Positions 1-10,378 of a stretch of DNA of 36,366 nucleotides are shown one piece after another. The position numbers were made by a program, and so were the translations under genes. Position 1 is the first letter of the stretch. Each line of letters opens with the position of its first letter. The notes beneath the pieces are model-generated. The model did no database searches. It saw only the letters and a list, made by a program, of their open reading frames with translations, and was not told the DNA's origin. The stretch is from Catajapyx aquilonaris (Eukaryota). The DNA lies in the NCBI GenBank assembly GCA_000934665.2, contig KZ539256.1, positions 1 through 36,366 of the forward strand, given 5' to 3'.

Positions 1-211
1 ACTTTGTTTTTCCAGGTCGACCTTAAGTTTAATCATCAAAAAATTTTAATGGAATTTCTCTTGCTGTAACTTGGCCATTGCTCTTAAAACATTGAAAGAG
101 TTGGAGAATTCAACAATACCTCGGACGTGAGCAATGGCCAAGTTACAGCAAGAGAAATTCCATTAAAATTTTCTGATGATTAAACTTAAGGTCGACCTGG
201 AAAAACAAAGT
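1..211. repeat. Inverted repeat truncated by the window start (arms 1-83 and 129-211, 45-bp spacer)
   Basis: 1-83 (ACTTTGTTTTTCCAGGTCGAC...GGCCATTGCTC) is the reverse complement of 129-211 with one mismatch. Confidence 0.95.
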
Positions 212-423
212 CAGGGGTTTAGGTTGAAGAAGTTGAGAATGCCAGTAATTGACAACGACGTTGAACTTGGCCGTATTTCAGATCTCACCACTTTTGACGG
301 CCAAGCAGTCAGGAGAACTTGGCCTTTTTTTACAGAAAGGTTTTTGGTGGGATATCATCTACGTGGCCTGACCAGTCAATGGAGGATCCATTGTAATGGT
401 CGTACGAGATGACCAGGTGAAAG

Positions 424-664
424 CAGGGTCCCTTACATGGTTGCCTCCCCCACCCTAACCAGGGTATTGTCTTCACATAGTCCTTATGGGGCGGCCATAT
501 TGGAGCTAGATTGCATGCTGCAGGGTAGAAAATTGGGAAGCGATTCTTTTTTGTTTTTTTCAACCGTTTTTTTCATATGGTTTTTTCCTATCTGACTTAG
601 CTCCAATATGGCGGAGAGACAATACCCTGTCTAGGTGGGGGAGGCACTCATGGAGGTGACCCTG
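424..664. mobile_element. Non-autonomous hAT-type DNA transposon (MITE), 241 bp
   Basis: Termini CAGGGTC...GACCCTG with extended imperfect inverted repeats (TGCCTCCCCCACC/GGTGGGGGAGGCA, CAGGGTATTGTCT/AGACAATACCCTG). 8-bp target duplication GGTGAAAG at 416-423 and 665-672. Other units have one uninterrupted GGTGAATG. An 8-bp TSD with CAGGG ends is typical of hAT. Confidence 0.85.
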
Positions 665-1030
665 GGTGAAAGTACCTGATCATAGCTGCCAACCCCGCAT
701 TTTGAGAAAATGCAGTGATTGTGTGTGCGCGAAAGTACTTAAATAATCATTAAATTAAAATATTAAATTGTTGCAGAATTGCCTGGAAACGCTGAAAATC
801 GCATCAAGTGTTGGCCAGTTCTCAAGTCTCGGAAGCGTCCAGGAGTTTTTTGGACCTACACCCGTACTGAATCTGTCCAGAGCAGTGTGGAAGTTAGTTG
901 TAAGTACGACCACAATATCTATGCCCAGGAGGCTCATATGCAAATGCATTACTTAAATACTGTAATTATTGAATAAGGGGGCACCCGACTTCATAATTTC
1001 TATATGGGCTTTATCTACACTTATTATCCA

Positions 1031-1559
1031 CTAGCTGCGATACTCGGCGTTGCCTGGGAAGAAATGAATGAAGGGATAACACCTACCTGTAGCCCCGAAG
1101 GTCGGGTCCATGGTCATAGACTACTAAGGTCTGGACACTCCCACCTACCCCGTGCGGGACGTTTTGCAGGAGGTGCTCACCTGAGAGCGCCATGAGACCT
1201 TTCATTTCTCAGGTAAGTGGCGACCCTACCGGACTACGCTGAACTTTATAGGTACAAAAGGGAAGCGCTACATTGGGGGACCCAACATGGTCGCCGGCGG
1301 CCATGTTGGGCCCACATGTAGGGCTTCCCTTTTGTACCTATAAAGTTCAGCGTATAGTCCGGTAGGGTCGCCACATAAATGCTCCGTGAAAGGTCTCGTG
1401 GCGCTCTCAGGTGAGTACCTCCTGCAAAACGGCCCGGCAGGCGATAAGATAAGAACGTAGAGGTAGTGTCCGGCAGCTGGCCGGGTCGGAAGGACGGGAG
1501 AGGTTGGAGGTGTAGGAAGCGGACCACAGACGGCAGGCGAATGAGATGGTTGGCGTGCC

Positions 1560-1590
<31 letters not shown>

Positions 1591-1793
1591 ATGACATCCG
1601 TCTTTATTGATATATTAGGAAGGCCGGGAGAGGTTGGTGGTGTTGCACAGTTGGCAGGCAAATAACGGTTGGCAGGCAAATGAACAGGCGGGAGAGGTTG
1701 AAGGTGTTGGAATATAGGACCACAGATGGCATTGGTGGGCGGACAAACAGACAGAAAGACAGACAGACTCACATCCGTCTTTATTGATATAGA
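1031..1793 (-). mobile_element. Non-autonomous Helitron (Lep1/Helitron-N-like architecture)
   Basis: On the minus strand it starts TCTATATCAATAAAGACGGATG followed by a (TCTG)n-like tract, and ends CCCAGGCAACGCCGAGTATCGCAGCTAG (degenerate subterminal hairpin plus CTAG). It sits between A and T with no TSD. The flanks rejoin to TTATCCATTTCATC, exactly as in the uninterrupted units. Confidence 0.9.
1155..1436. repeat. Long imperfect palindrome (~140-bp arms) inside the Helitron
   Basis: CGTTTTGCAGGAGGTGCTCACCTGAGAGCGCCA pairs with TGGCGCTCTCAGGTGAGTACCTCCTGCAAAACG. GCTGAACTTTATAGGTACAAAAGGGAAGC pairs with GCTTCCCTTTTGTACCTATAAAGTTCAGC. Centre is near 1294. Confidence 0.9.
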
Positions 1794-1955
1794 TTTCATC
1801 ATCATCCTATCCATTATATCCTCTACGTGGCCTGACCAGTCACTGGAGGATCCATTGTAATGGTCGTACGAGATGACCAGGTGAATGTACCTGATCATCG
1901 CTGCCAACCCCATTTTCAGAAAATGCAGTGATTGTGCGCGCGCGAAAGTACTTAA

Positions 1956-2082
1956 CCCTGTAATGCCCCTTGGGTCATATCTGGCACACCATTTAGTGCA
2001 ATTTGGCACTTACAGGAAATATAAAAATTGCAAAAATTGCACTAAACTGTGCGCCAGATATGACCCAGTGTGCATTACATGG
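1956..2082. mobile_element. piggyBac-type MITE, 127 bp, TTAA target duplication
   Basis: TTAA at 1952-1955 and 2083-2086. Termini CCCTGTAATGC...GCATTACATGG. Inner inverted repeats TGGGTCATATCTGGC/GCCAGATATGACCCA and TTTAGTGCAATTT/AAATTGCACTAAA. Other units read GTACTTAAATAATC with a single TTAA. Confidence 0.85.
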
Positions 2083-2295
2083 TTAAATAATCATTAAATT
2101 AAAACATTAAATTGTTGCGGAATTGCCTGGAAACGCTGAAAATCGCCTCAAGTGTTGGCCAGTTCTCAAGTCTCGGAAGCGTCCAGGAGTTTTTTGGACC
2201 TACACCCGTACTGAATCTGTCCAGAGCAGTGTGGAAGTTAGTTGTAAGTAGGACCACAATATCTATGCGCAGGAGGCTCACATGCAAATGCATTT

Positions 2296-2541
2296 GAAGA
2301 GTCCAGGGGAAAAAGGGGGAATGTCACACAAAAAATGTTCGTGAGAAATCGAAGAAATTGCTATATTTCTTCACGTGTATAAGGAATAATAGGGATATCT
2401 TCACGTCATTATATGCAACTGTCCCCCTTGTACCCATGGAAAGCCTCCAGGTATAAGTGGCACCTACGGTACTATTGTACTGTGCACTTGGCAGGAACCC
2501 CAATGGAATTTGACATTCCCCCTTTTTCCCCTGGACTCTTC
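2296..2541. mobile_element. Non-autonomous TIR element with perfect 31-bp TIRs, 246 bp, superfamily uncertain
   Basis: GAAGAGTCCAGGGGAAAAAGGGGGAATGTCA (2296-2326) and its exact reverse complement (2511-2541). Flanked by ATTT on both sides. Absent from the other four units. Confidence 0.85.
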
Positions 2542-5054
2542 ATTTACTTAAATACTGTAATGAATAAGAGGGCACCCGACATCATAATTTCTATATATGG
2601 GCCGCGATATGGGCCTTGTCTACACTTATTATCCATTTCATCATCATCCTATCCATTATATCCTCTACGTGGCCTGACCAGTCACTGGAGGATCCATTGT
2701 AATTGTCGTACGAGATGACCAGGTGAATGTACCTGATCATCGCTGCCAACCCCATTTTGAGAAAATGCAGTGATTGTGTGTGCGCGAAAGTACTTAAATA
2801 ATCATTAAATTAAAATATTAAATTGTTGCAGAATTGCCTGGAAACGCTGAAAATCGCCTCAAGTGTTGGCCAGTTCTCAAGTCTCGGAAGCGTCCAGGAG
2901 TTTTTTTGGACCTACACCCGTACTGAATCTGTCCAGAGCAGTGTGGAAGTAAGTTGTAAGTACGACCACAATATCTATGCGCAGGAAGCTCATATGCAAA
3001 TGCATTACTTAAATACTGTAATTATTGAATAAGAGGGCACCCGACATCATAATTTCTATATGGGCCTTGTCTACACTTATATTATCCATTTCATCATCAT
3101 CCTATCCATTATATCCTCTACGTGGCCTGACCAGTCACTGGAGGATCCATTGTAATGGTCGTACGAGATGACCAGGTGAATGTACCTGATCATCGCTGCC
3201 AACCCCATTTTGAGAAAATGCCGTGATTGTGTGTGTGCGATAGTACTTAAATAATCATTAAATTAAAATATTAAATTGTTGCAGAATTGCCTGGAAACGC
3301 TGAAAATCGCCTCAAGTGTTGGCCAGTTCTGAATTGAAATCCAGAAGGATTCTTTTGTACACCGTTACTGGATCTGCTCAGTGTAGATCTTAGTGGTAAG
3401 TATGACCACAATATCTATTCCCCGGAAGCTCATACTCAAATGCATTACTTAAATACTGTAATTATTGAATAAGAGGGCACCCGACATCATATAATTTCTA
3501 TATGGGCCTTGTCTACACTTATTATCCATTTCATCATCATCCTATCCATTATATCCTCTACGTGGCCTGACCAGTCACTGGAGGATCCCTTGTAATGGTC
3601 GTACGAGATGACCAGGTGAATGTACCTGATCATCGCTGCCAACCCCATTTTGAGAAAATGCCGTGATTGTGTGTGTGCGAAAGTACTTAAATAATCATTA
3701 AATTAAAAATATTAAATTGTTGCAGAATTGCCTGGAAACGCTGAAAATCGCCTCAAGTGTTGGCCAGTTCTCAAGTCTCGGAAGCGTCCAGGAGTTTTTT
3801 GGACCTACACCCGTACTGAATCTGTCCAGAGCAGTGTGGAAGTTACAGTTGTAAGTACGACCACAATATCTATGCCCAGGAGGCTCATATGCAAATGCAT
3901 TACTTAAATACTGTAATTGTTGAATAAGAGGGCACCCGACATCATAATTTCTAAGGGTCTTGGCATCACTTATAATCTTACGTGATCTGGTATGGATTAT
4001 ACCATACGTGTATACAAAAATCGCATATAGAGGATGACCTATAAAAGATATCAAAATATTACTAGGGACAATAAATTCAGGGAATATTCTAAAACACTCA
4101 TTCATATCGTTTACGTACCCGTATGCACATGCGCATACCAAAGAGAGGTACAATTTCTCTGTGGTTGCTTAACAGCGAAGCCCATTTTCTGTTATTCGGC
4201 AATACATTGATTGTTATGCTTACGTAAAATGCATTCCTGACATATATCTGGACAACTCAGGATAATATGGGCTACAGATCGGACAAAAAAATATGTTACC
4301 TTGATATGGAATATGATTATTCGTCACTCTTTGGCAACGATTATACTAAAAGTCTTGTAATAAGTGTTAAATAGGATTTCATAAGAATGGGTATACTCGA
4401 AAGTCCTTAAGGTAATTAATTTAATTTAACAGTGTTCTAGTAAGAGCACAAAAACTGGACATCACAGATTCTTGAAAACCAGATGGTACTTATGACCGTA
4501 TTATTCCTTAAAGTGTACATAATGGTTTATTAACAATGGTACATTATGGATTGAACTATCCTAAACACTTTGTGCCTCTATGTAATCTGTGATATATCCA
4601 ATACTCTACCCTGTAGATGCGCTTTTATTGTAGAGGTCGTCCACTGCTACTTGCAATTCTGCTCATAACCTCACTATTCCCGACAGACTCCCGAGAATCA
4701 TATGACATCTAAACAATATTCCAAATACAAACATGCCGTCAAAAATGATCAACAATCAAGGGGATAAGAGTAATGCATTTTACCCCGCTTGAAGAGTACG
4801 GCACTCTTTAAAAAAACATTGATCGCAATTATGGTGTCATCTACTTCAATGGTCCTTAGTCATTCATTCAATTTGCTGCCAGTGACCCCAAGACGGAAAG
4901 TTTCTCTCGATTTAACAGCTTGCATATGGAAAATATTCACAAGCAACGGGTTTCAAATATCAAGTGGTATAAGTATAGTTAAGCATATTCAGTATAATAT
5001 TTTTCGTATAAATACTGGGTAATGTAATCAACCCCCACGTAAATATTGCCACTT

Positions 5055-5185
5055 CACGTAATTGATTAGGCGTTCAAGCTGTCATTTGAGAGATCCCGGG
5101 TTCGATCCCCGATATCGACCATCCTTACTAGAATTTCCTGTATTTCCTCCTATCACTTCCAGCGCTATTCCGGGATGTCACTATC
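5055..5185 (+). mobile_element. Degenerate tRNA-derived SINE fragment
   Basis: Pol III B-box GGTTCGATCCC at 5099-5109 after a weak A-box-like segment. It is followed by a TTTCCT...CTTCCAG...CCGGGAT tract reminiscent of insect SINE bodies. No cloverleaf or acceptor stem. Confidence 0.55.
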
Positions 5186-7520
5186 CTTTTTTTTGTACAT
5201 TCTTATTCCTTGTTCGATGAGCCGTACAGAAGTGGGACCCCTGATTTAAACATTTTGTCTTTTCTTAAAACGTTTTTTTTTTTTTAAATTTTTAAACTAA
5301 CCCAAGCATTCATTAACATATTCCCGACGGTTCATTATTCGCGATCCTGTACTGCATATGTTATCATACAGGCACAGCCCAAGGGCGTTGCCTGCGACAC
5401 TTTTTATTCCTACAAAACACTTATCATGAGTCATGATTATACGCTATACCGCCCTACACGACTATGAAACGTCCAGGCAGTCCGCCCCTGACAGGACGGC
5501 AAGAAGTGAGTCAAGGCAAGCGCATGGGTTATCTAACTGCCAGGATGAAGATTGACCTGGGCGTTTCCTTCAGTAGCGGAAGAGTGTCACGCACATTTAC
5601 ACTCATTATTTGCGTCTAATTATTTCCATCAGGGAAGGCATATAGGTGTTTCTTGCGGCCGGGACCAGGTGCAATATAAAATTAAACGTATTTGGTGGAT
5701 GTATATTTAAGATCTATTTGTGTACGGCAAAACTTTTTAAATACGGTACCGTACAAGCAATAGTCAATTACACGTGTTTTATTGCCACAGTCCTACTTTT
5801 CTTTTCAAGTTCATCTCTCAGAACCCATCTCCCTTTTTCAAAGCGCAGTCTCATACTCAATACGTTATTTATGGCATGTGTTGGATATGTGTATCAGACG
5901 CCTGCGTACCGCCATGTTGGGTCTATGGTGGGTCATGTGACTTGTAAGCTTCCCTCAGAGTGGACGGAGGATAAAATTGGAAGGTATTAAAAGTAGGCAT
6001 GCGTGCTTTTCGCCATATTGGGTCTCACATGTATGTTCGTATTAGGGAGCCGACAAGTACGCCACATTCCAGAGGGGTGTAGACTGGCTGTACTGCTGGC
6101 TGCGGATATCCGGAAGGGGAGGGGGTCAGGTTAGCATGGGGGAGGGCGGGCGGGCGGGCAGTGCCCTAGCATTGCCCATGGCAGGGTACTAAGGCGACTG
6201 AGCGAGGGGGCGGGTAGAGGGGGCGTAGGGGCAAATCGGCAGGGAAGCTGCCCCTACGACAGGTGCCAACGTTGTTATACTGGAGTTGCAATGATGTAAT
6301 GAAGGATTACGTCTAGGAGGGAATGAACAACACGGTCCGAGAGCTTTTACGGCTTACTATTCAATTCCTCGAGTATCTTTTACCTAATGCCTAATTAATG
6401 CTATTCTTGAAATGTGTTTTGCGGATATTATTATTAATATTATTCCTTAGGTCATTTAATAATCAACAAATGTATTGGCAACCCCAAAGAAATGCGATCT
6501 AATTATGTCCGATGATAGCGATATCGCGTATGACCCGGATGCAGATTGATATCTGCCCACTAATAATTTTTTGCATTGCCCGTTTCCTGTGAACTTACAT
6601 AATAGAACGCGGTTGGCGTGACCGGAAGACACAAGAATGTATACATATTATTTGCGCTATTTGTTGTAATCACACTCGTAAGCTAATATTTTGCGGGCCA
6701 ATAAAAATGTTTGGTGGCAGGTATATACAAGAAAGTGGGATACATCTGAGCTTGTGACATATTTCTAAGGATAATTTCAATCACAGTTGATAAATATTAT
6801 TTGACAACTCACAGACTGCAATGCAGATATAAAGTAAGGTGTATCTATATAGGGCTTTACGTGGTGGGGGTTGGACGTGGTTGCAGATTCAGGGAGGAGC
6901 GACGGGTGGGCTCGTCCGAAGTCTGAAGCAGAAAGACTGCTATATCCCTTTTGACACGAAGTGTATAGGCTGCAGTCATTCTTTTCTTCTGATGTTACAT
7001 CGGTGTCAAGCTCAGTTTTCAACAGTCGCGTGTAGAGCACGCCTTAATCACTATAGTCTAACTCTCCATTTCATCCAAGCGCGGGACACGCCTGATCTGG
7101 TCATGGGCATCGTTTCCTTGCCCTGAGGAGAATAAAAATGTACCTCATTTGAGCTATGTTGATTCACATAATCAAGATGGCCACCAACTAAATGTGCTCA
7201 TAAACACTTGCATGTAATATTATTTTATACTCCATTATTTATGTAACGATGTCCAGAGATCGATTTTGCCTATTACCAGTAAATTCTCAATGGAGATCGC
7301 ACCTATAAGAGTATCAGATGAAAGGGAAATTCAATTTTTCCTGGTCTTTTTTTAGAATTGCGCAAATATGAGTTTTATATTAGCTCATTTTCAATTTTTC
7401 AAAGGATCTCTTCCAGGATTGATTTTGCGGTGTACCACGATAACATTTCTCTTGGAAGCTGTTCCTAATAATTTTAAATGGAAAAGTGGAACTCAATTTT
7501 TAATACATCATCAGCATACA

Positions 7521-7870
7521 AGTGAAACACACTAAGTCCAAAAAGCCGGTTAATAGAAGGCAAAGATTTGATCGTCACTTATTGTTTGCATGTCAAGGAA
7601 GGCAGAATGTCATGGCTTGTTAACGCATTGTGAATAGTTAGAACTAAATGGGCTTCACCAGCCGATAGCATAAACGTACGATTTGGGGCCAGTTCAAAAA
7701 TGGGTCGACCCATGTTTATTGTTGGAAACAACGAATTAATAAATTAATAACAAAGGTAGACCCCATACCTGACTCGACCTTGCTTTGGTACAATCAGCAG
7801 TTAGTAGTATAAATAACTCAAAAACGCCAAAATTGGACATACGAGTATACTTGTCCTAGTGTGTTTCACC
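7521..7870. mobile_element. Old MITE remnant with short TIRs
   Basis: GTGAAACACACTA (7522-7534) pairs with TAGTGTGTTTCAC (7857-7869). No clear TSD. Confidence 0.45.
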
Positions 7871-7897
7871 TAAGCTAAGGTACTCCGACGGCATATT

Positions 7898-8324
7898 CTC
7901 TGATTAGTGAAAATCTGGCCTTGAAAGCTGAGCAAATCGATTTTATTGTATTTAAAATGGTCACAAAAGGCACTGGGAACATGGCAGAATTAAATTATAA
8001 TTTTTATGACAATTGCAAATAATTGCCAATTTTTTGAGTTCCACAAAAGATTCACAAAAGATAATTTAAAGCTATTTAAAATGCGCGCATGCGTGAGTCC
8101 CCATTGTAATATCACATTTGAGGTGTTGCCACATTGTTCAACCATCACAAATTATTAAATGTTGTATAACGTTAAGTAACCGACGCACGACTCAAAAAAT
8201 TGGCCATCGTCTATCATTGTCTTAATTTTTTAAACGAAATTCTTAGTGGTTTCTAGTGCCAATGAAATGCCAAAAAATTCGAATCTCTCCACATTCACTC
8301 CCAGATTTTCACATTTGCTCAGAG
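7898..8324. mobile_element. Decayed palindromic MITE
   Basis: Nested, symmetrically placed inverted pairs: GTGAAAATCTGG/CCAGATTTTCAC, GGCACTGGGAAC/GTTTCTAGTGCC, and GCCAATTTTTTGAGT (8025-8039)/ACTCAAAAAATTGGC (8190-8204). Confidence 0.6.
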
Positions 8325-8344
8325 TTTCACTTTTTCATCTAATA

Positions 8345-8528
8345 CAGTCGTCTCCGGATATAAGAACCTCTGCTACTTGTATAAGCAACCCTCGGTTATA
8401 ACCAACTCGCAAGGCCAGTACCAGCAAACTTCCATAATTATATGGCTTGTGCATTAGGATATAGGAAACTTCGGTTCTAAGATACTGATTGTCGCTCTCT
8501 TGAAGTCTCTTATATCCGGAGTCAACTA
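8345..8528. mobile_element. pogo/Tigger-like (Tc1/mariner superfamily) MITE
   Basis: TA|CAGTCGTCTCCGGATATAAGA ... TCTTATATCCGGAGTCAACTA|TA. TA flanks, CAGT terminus, ~21-bp imperfect TIRs. Confidence 0.7.
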
Positions 8529-9094
8529 TATTATTAGATACAACTCGAAATGGGAATATTATTTTGGTACACCGCAAAATCAATCCTGGAAAATATTATT
8601 TAAAATTTCCACAGAGAGTATAGCTTAAATAATACCGTATTTACTAATTTGAATATTTACAACAATGATGCCCATTTTTTGAGTTATGTGCTTTTTACTT
8701 AAACTGGCATTTAATGATATTGGGTGGAATTTGCGTCGTACTACTATAGTTATACTTTTAGCAGTACCAATGTAATGCAATGGTACTGCTAAGTTAAAAG
8801 TAACTATAGTAGTACGACGATATAAAGCTTGTAGATCTAATAGACGTGCACTTATATCCCTTTCATATGGTATTAGGCTACAATGAGCAGTCATTATTAT
8901 TTTATTAAGTGTAGTTTTAGTAACCAATAGGAAACATGCGCGTCACTTAAACAGCAATTGCTAGTAATATTTAAAATTATTGCATGTCTTTACCTCCGTC
9001 ATCATCGATTGGAGGAGCCTAGGTAACTTGTTTCCAGGCGATTGAAAAAATACACAACTCACTTCATTGTCGAACAAAGTGTGTGGAGAGTATA

Positions 9095-9656
9095 CAGGGT
9101 GTTTATTGTAACTCTGCAAAGACTTTCAGGGGTAATAGAGGGGACCAAGGCAAACATATTTGACTTAGAAACCCGTGTCCGAAAACGCCATCTAGAGGGG
9201 GTTCATAGACAAGGAACGGGTGCGCTCAGACGCGCCACGCGAGAGGCGCTAGGTGAGCGGACTGTTTTGTTGATAGATGGCCCTCGGATAGTAACCAACG
9301 ATGCGATCTGCCATAACGTGGCAACAGCAGAGCCATCTAGCAACTAATGTACACCTCCTAGGAGACGCGCGGATAGTCAACAGCGGTTCTGTTGTTGCCA
9401 GGTTATGGCGTATCGCGTTGTTGTGTACTTACAACCACGAGATACGCCATAACCTGGCAACAACTGCGCGCCATCTATCAACAAAACAGTCCGCTCTCCT
9501 AGCGGCTCTCGCGTGACGCGTCTGAGCGCACCCGTTCCTTGTCTATGAACCCCCTCTAGATGGCGTTTCCGGACACGGGTTCCTATGTCAAAAATACTTG
9601 TCTTGGTCCCCTCTAATACCCCTGAAAGTCTTTGCAGAGTTACAATAAACACCCTG
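9095..9656. mobile_element. Tc1/mariner-type MITE with ~185-bp TIRs, 562 bp
   Basis: TA|CAGGGTGTTTATTGTAACTCTGCAAAGACTTTCAGGGGTA ... TACCCCTGAAAGTCTTTGCAGAGTTACAATAAACACCCTG|TA. Arms are ~9095-9280 and ~9471-9656, plus an internal hairpin at ~9391-9464. Confidence 0.9.
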
Positions 9657-9729
9657 TATACAGGGACATTTAGTATTCTATATAAGTATATAACAAATTA
9701 TTATACCCATTTACAGGATCAAGCCAGGT

Positions 9730-10230
9730 ATGGCTAGCTGCCTGTCCGCAGATGCTAAGACATCCCGCCGACTGAAAGATAGGCACGAACGTTGTCGAGC
9801 GAACATGGAATCCGTGAAGAAGGACCATGCATTGGTTGTAAGAGGACTGCATGACGAAATCAAGCAACTGAAATTGAAGTGCACTTCTCTTGAGCACGAA
9901 CTCTACATCAAGGAAGAGAAGATTCTGCAGAGCAAGCGTGAATATTCAAGAATAAAATATCTGGAAGAAAAGCAAGTGGGCATCACCAATCAAATGATTA
10001 AGGGTTTAGAAGAAATGATCCTATTGCACGAGACACAGCCGCCACCAGACACCCGCAGGAAGGTTAAGCCGTCGGCATCCACTCAGACATCACCTCGCCC
10101 TAAGCCTGACCAGCAGGTGACAAAGAAATCGGGCCATCTTCCTAATGGCTTCAAAGCGACTCTCACGATGCTGCCCCCTTTGGTGATACCATTCGTCAGC
10201 TCCAAGAAGCGAATCACGAAGTGCACCTAA
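9730..10230 (+). CDS. CCDC92/CCDC74-family coiled-coil protein (166 aa; sole or terminal coding exon)
   Basis: Clean ATG ORF with coiled-coil composition. NMESVKKDHALVVRGLHDEIKQLKLKCTSLEHELYIK matches the CCDC92/74 N-terminal pattern N-x6-H-A-x4-GLH-x-EI-xx-L-xxx-CT-x-L-xx-EL-xx-K as I recall it from vertebrate CCDC92 (not database-verified). Acceptor CCCATTTACAG|G at 9716/9717 is in frame with no stop before the ATG. AATAAA at 10379. Confidence 0.78.
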   Translation: MASCLSADAKTSRRLKDRHERCRANMESVKKDHALVVRGLHDEIKQLKLKCTSLEHELYIKEEKILQSKREYSRIKYLEEKQVGITNQMIKGLEEMILLHETQPPPDTRRKVKPSASTQTSPRPKPDQQVTKKSGHLPNGFKATLTMLPPLVIPFVSSKKRITKCT

Positions 10231-10378
10231 ACCTAGATCAAGTTGATGATACAGAATCATCACAGAATTTGGTGACCACAGGATTTTTTAAGTATGCATA
10301 ATGCATAATCCAGACTCTTGATTTTATTCGGTTATTCGTATTGTGTATTTGTTTAACTGTGGATCCCAGTTTACACTC

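Larger units (their letters stand above)
352..3953. repeat. Tandem array of five ~440-453-bp units; units 1 and 2 interrupted by transposons
   Basis: Anchor CTACGTGGCCTGACCAGTCA recurs at 359, 1823, 2665, 3118 and 3558. Uninterrupted spacings are 453 and 440 bp. Homology ends after CATCATAATTTCTA at ~3953. Confidence 0.95.

Noticed and set aside
352..3953. CRISPR-like repeat/spacer array
   Set aside because: Units are ~450 bp, the variable inserts are transposons with TSDs at different positions in the unit, and there are no cas-like ORFs.
4605..4650. TCTACCCTGTAGAT resembles the start of miR-10/miR-993 5p arms
   Set aside because: The match breaks after ~14 nt and there is no complementary 3p arm or proper precursor hairpin.
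8915..9030. RFX X-box-like motifs (GTAACC-AATA-GGAAAC; GGAGCC-TA-GGTAAC) upstream of the CCDC92-like gene
   Set aside because: The first has a non-canonical 4-nt spacer and the second a poor left half-site. Too weak to call.
9042..9652. Two similar ORFs on opposite strands (FIVTLQRLSGV...)
   Set aside because: They are translations of the two TIR arms of the MITE, not genes.
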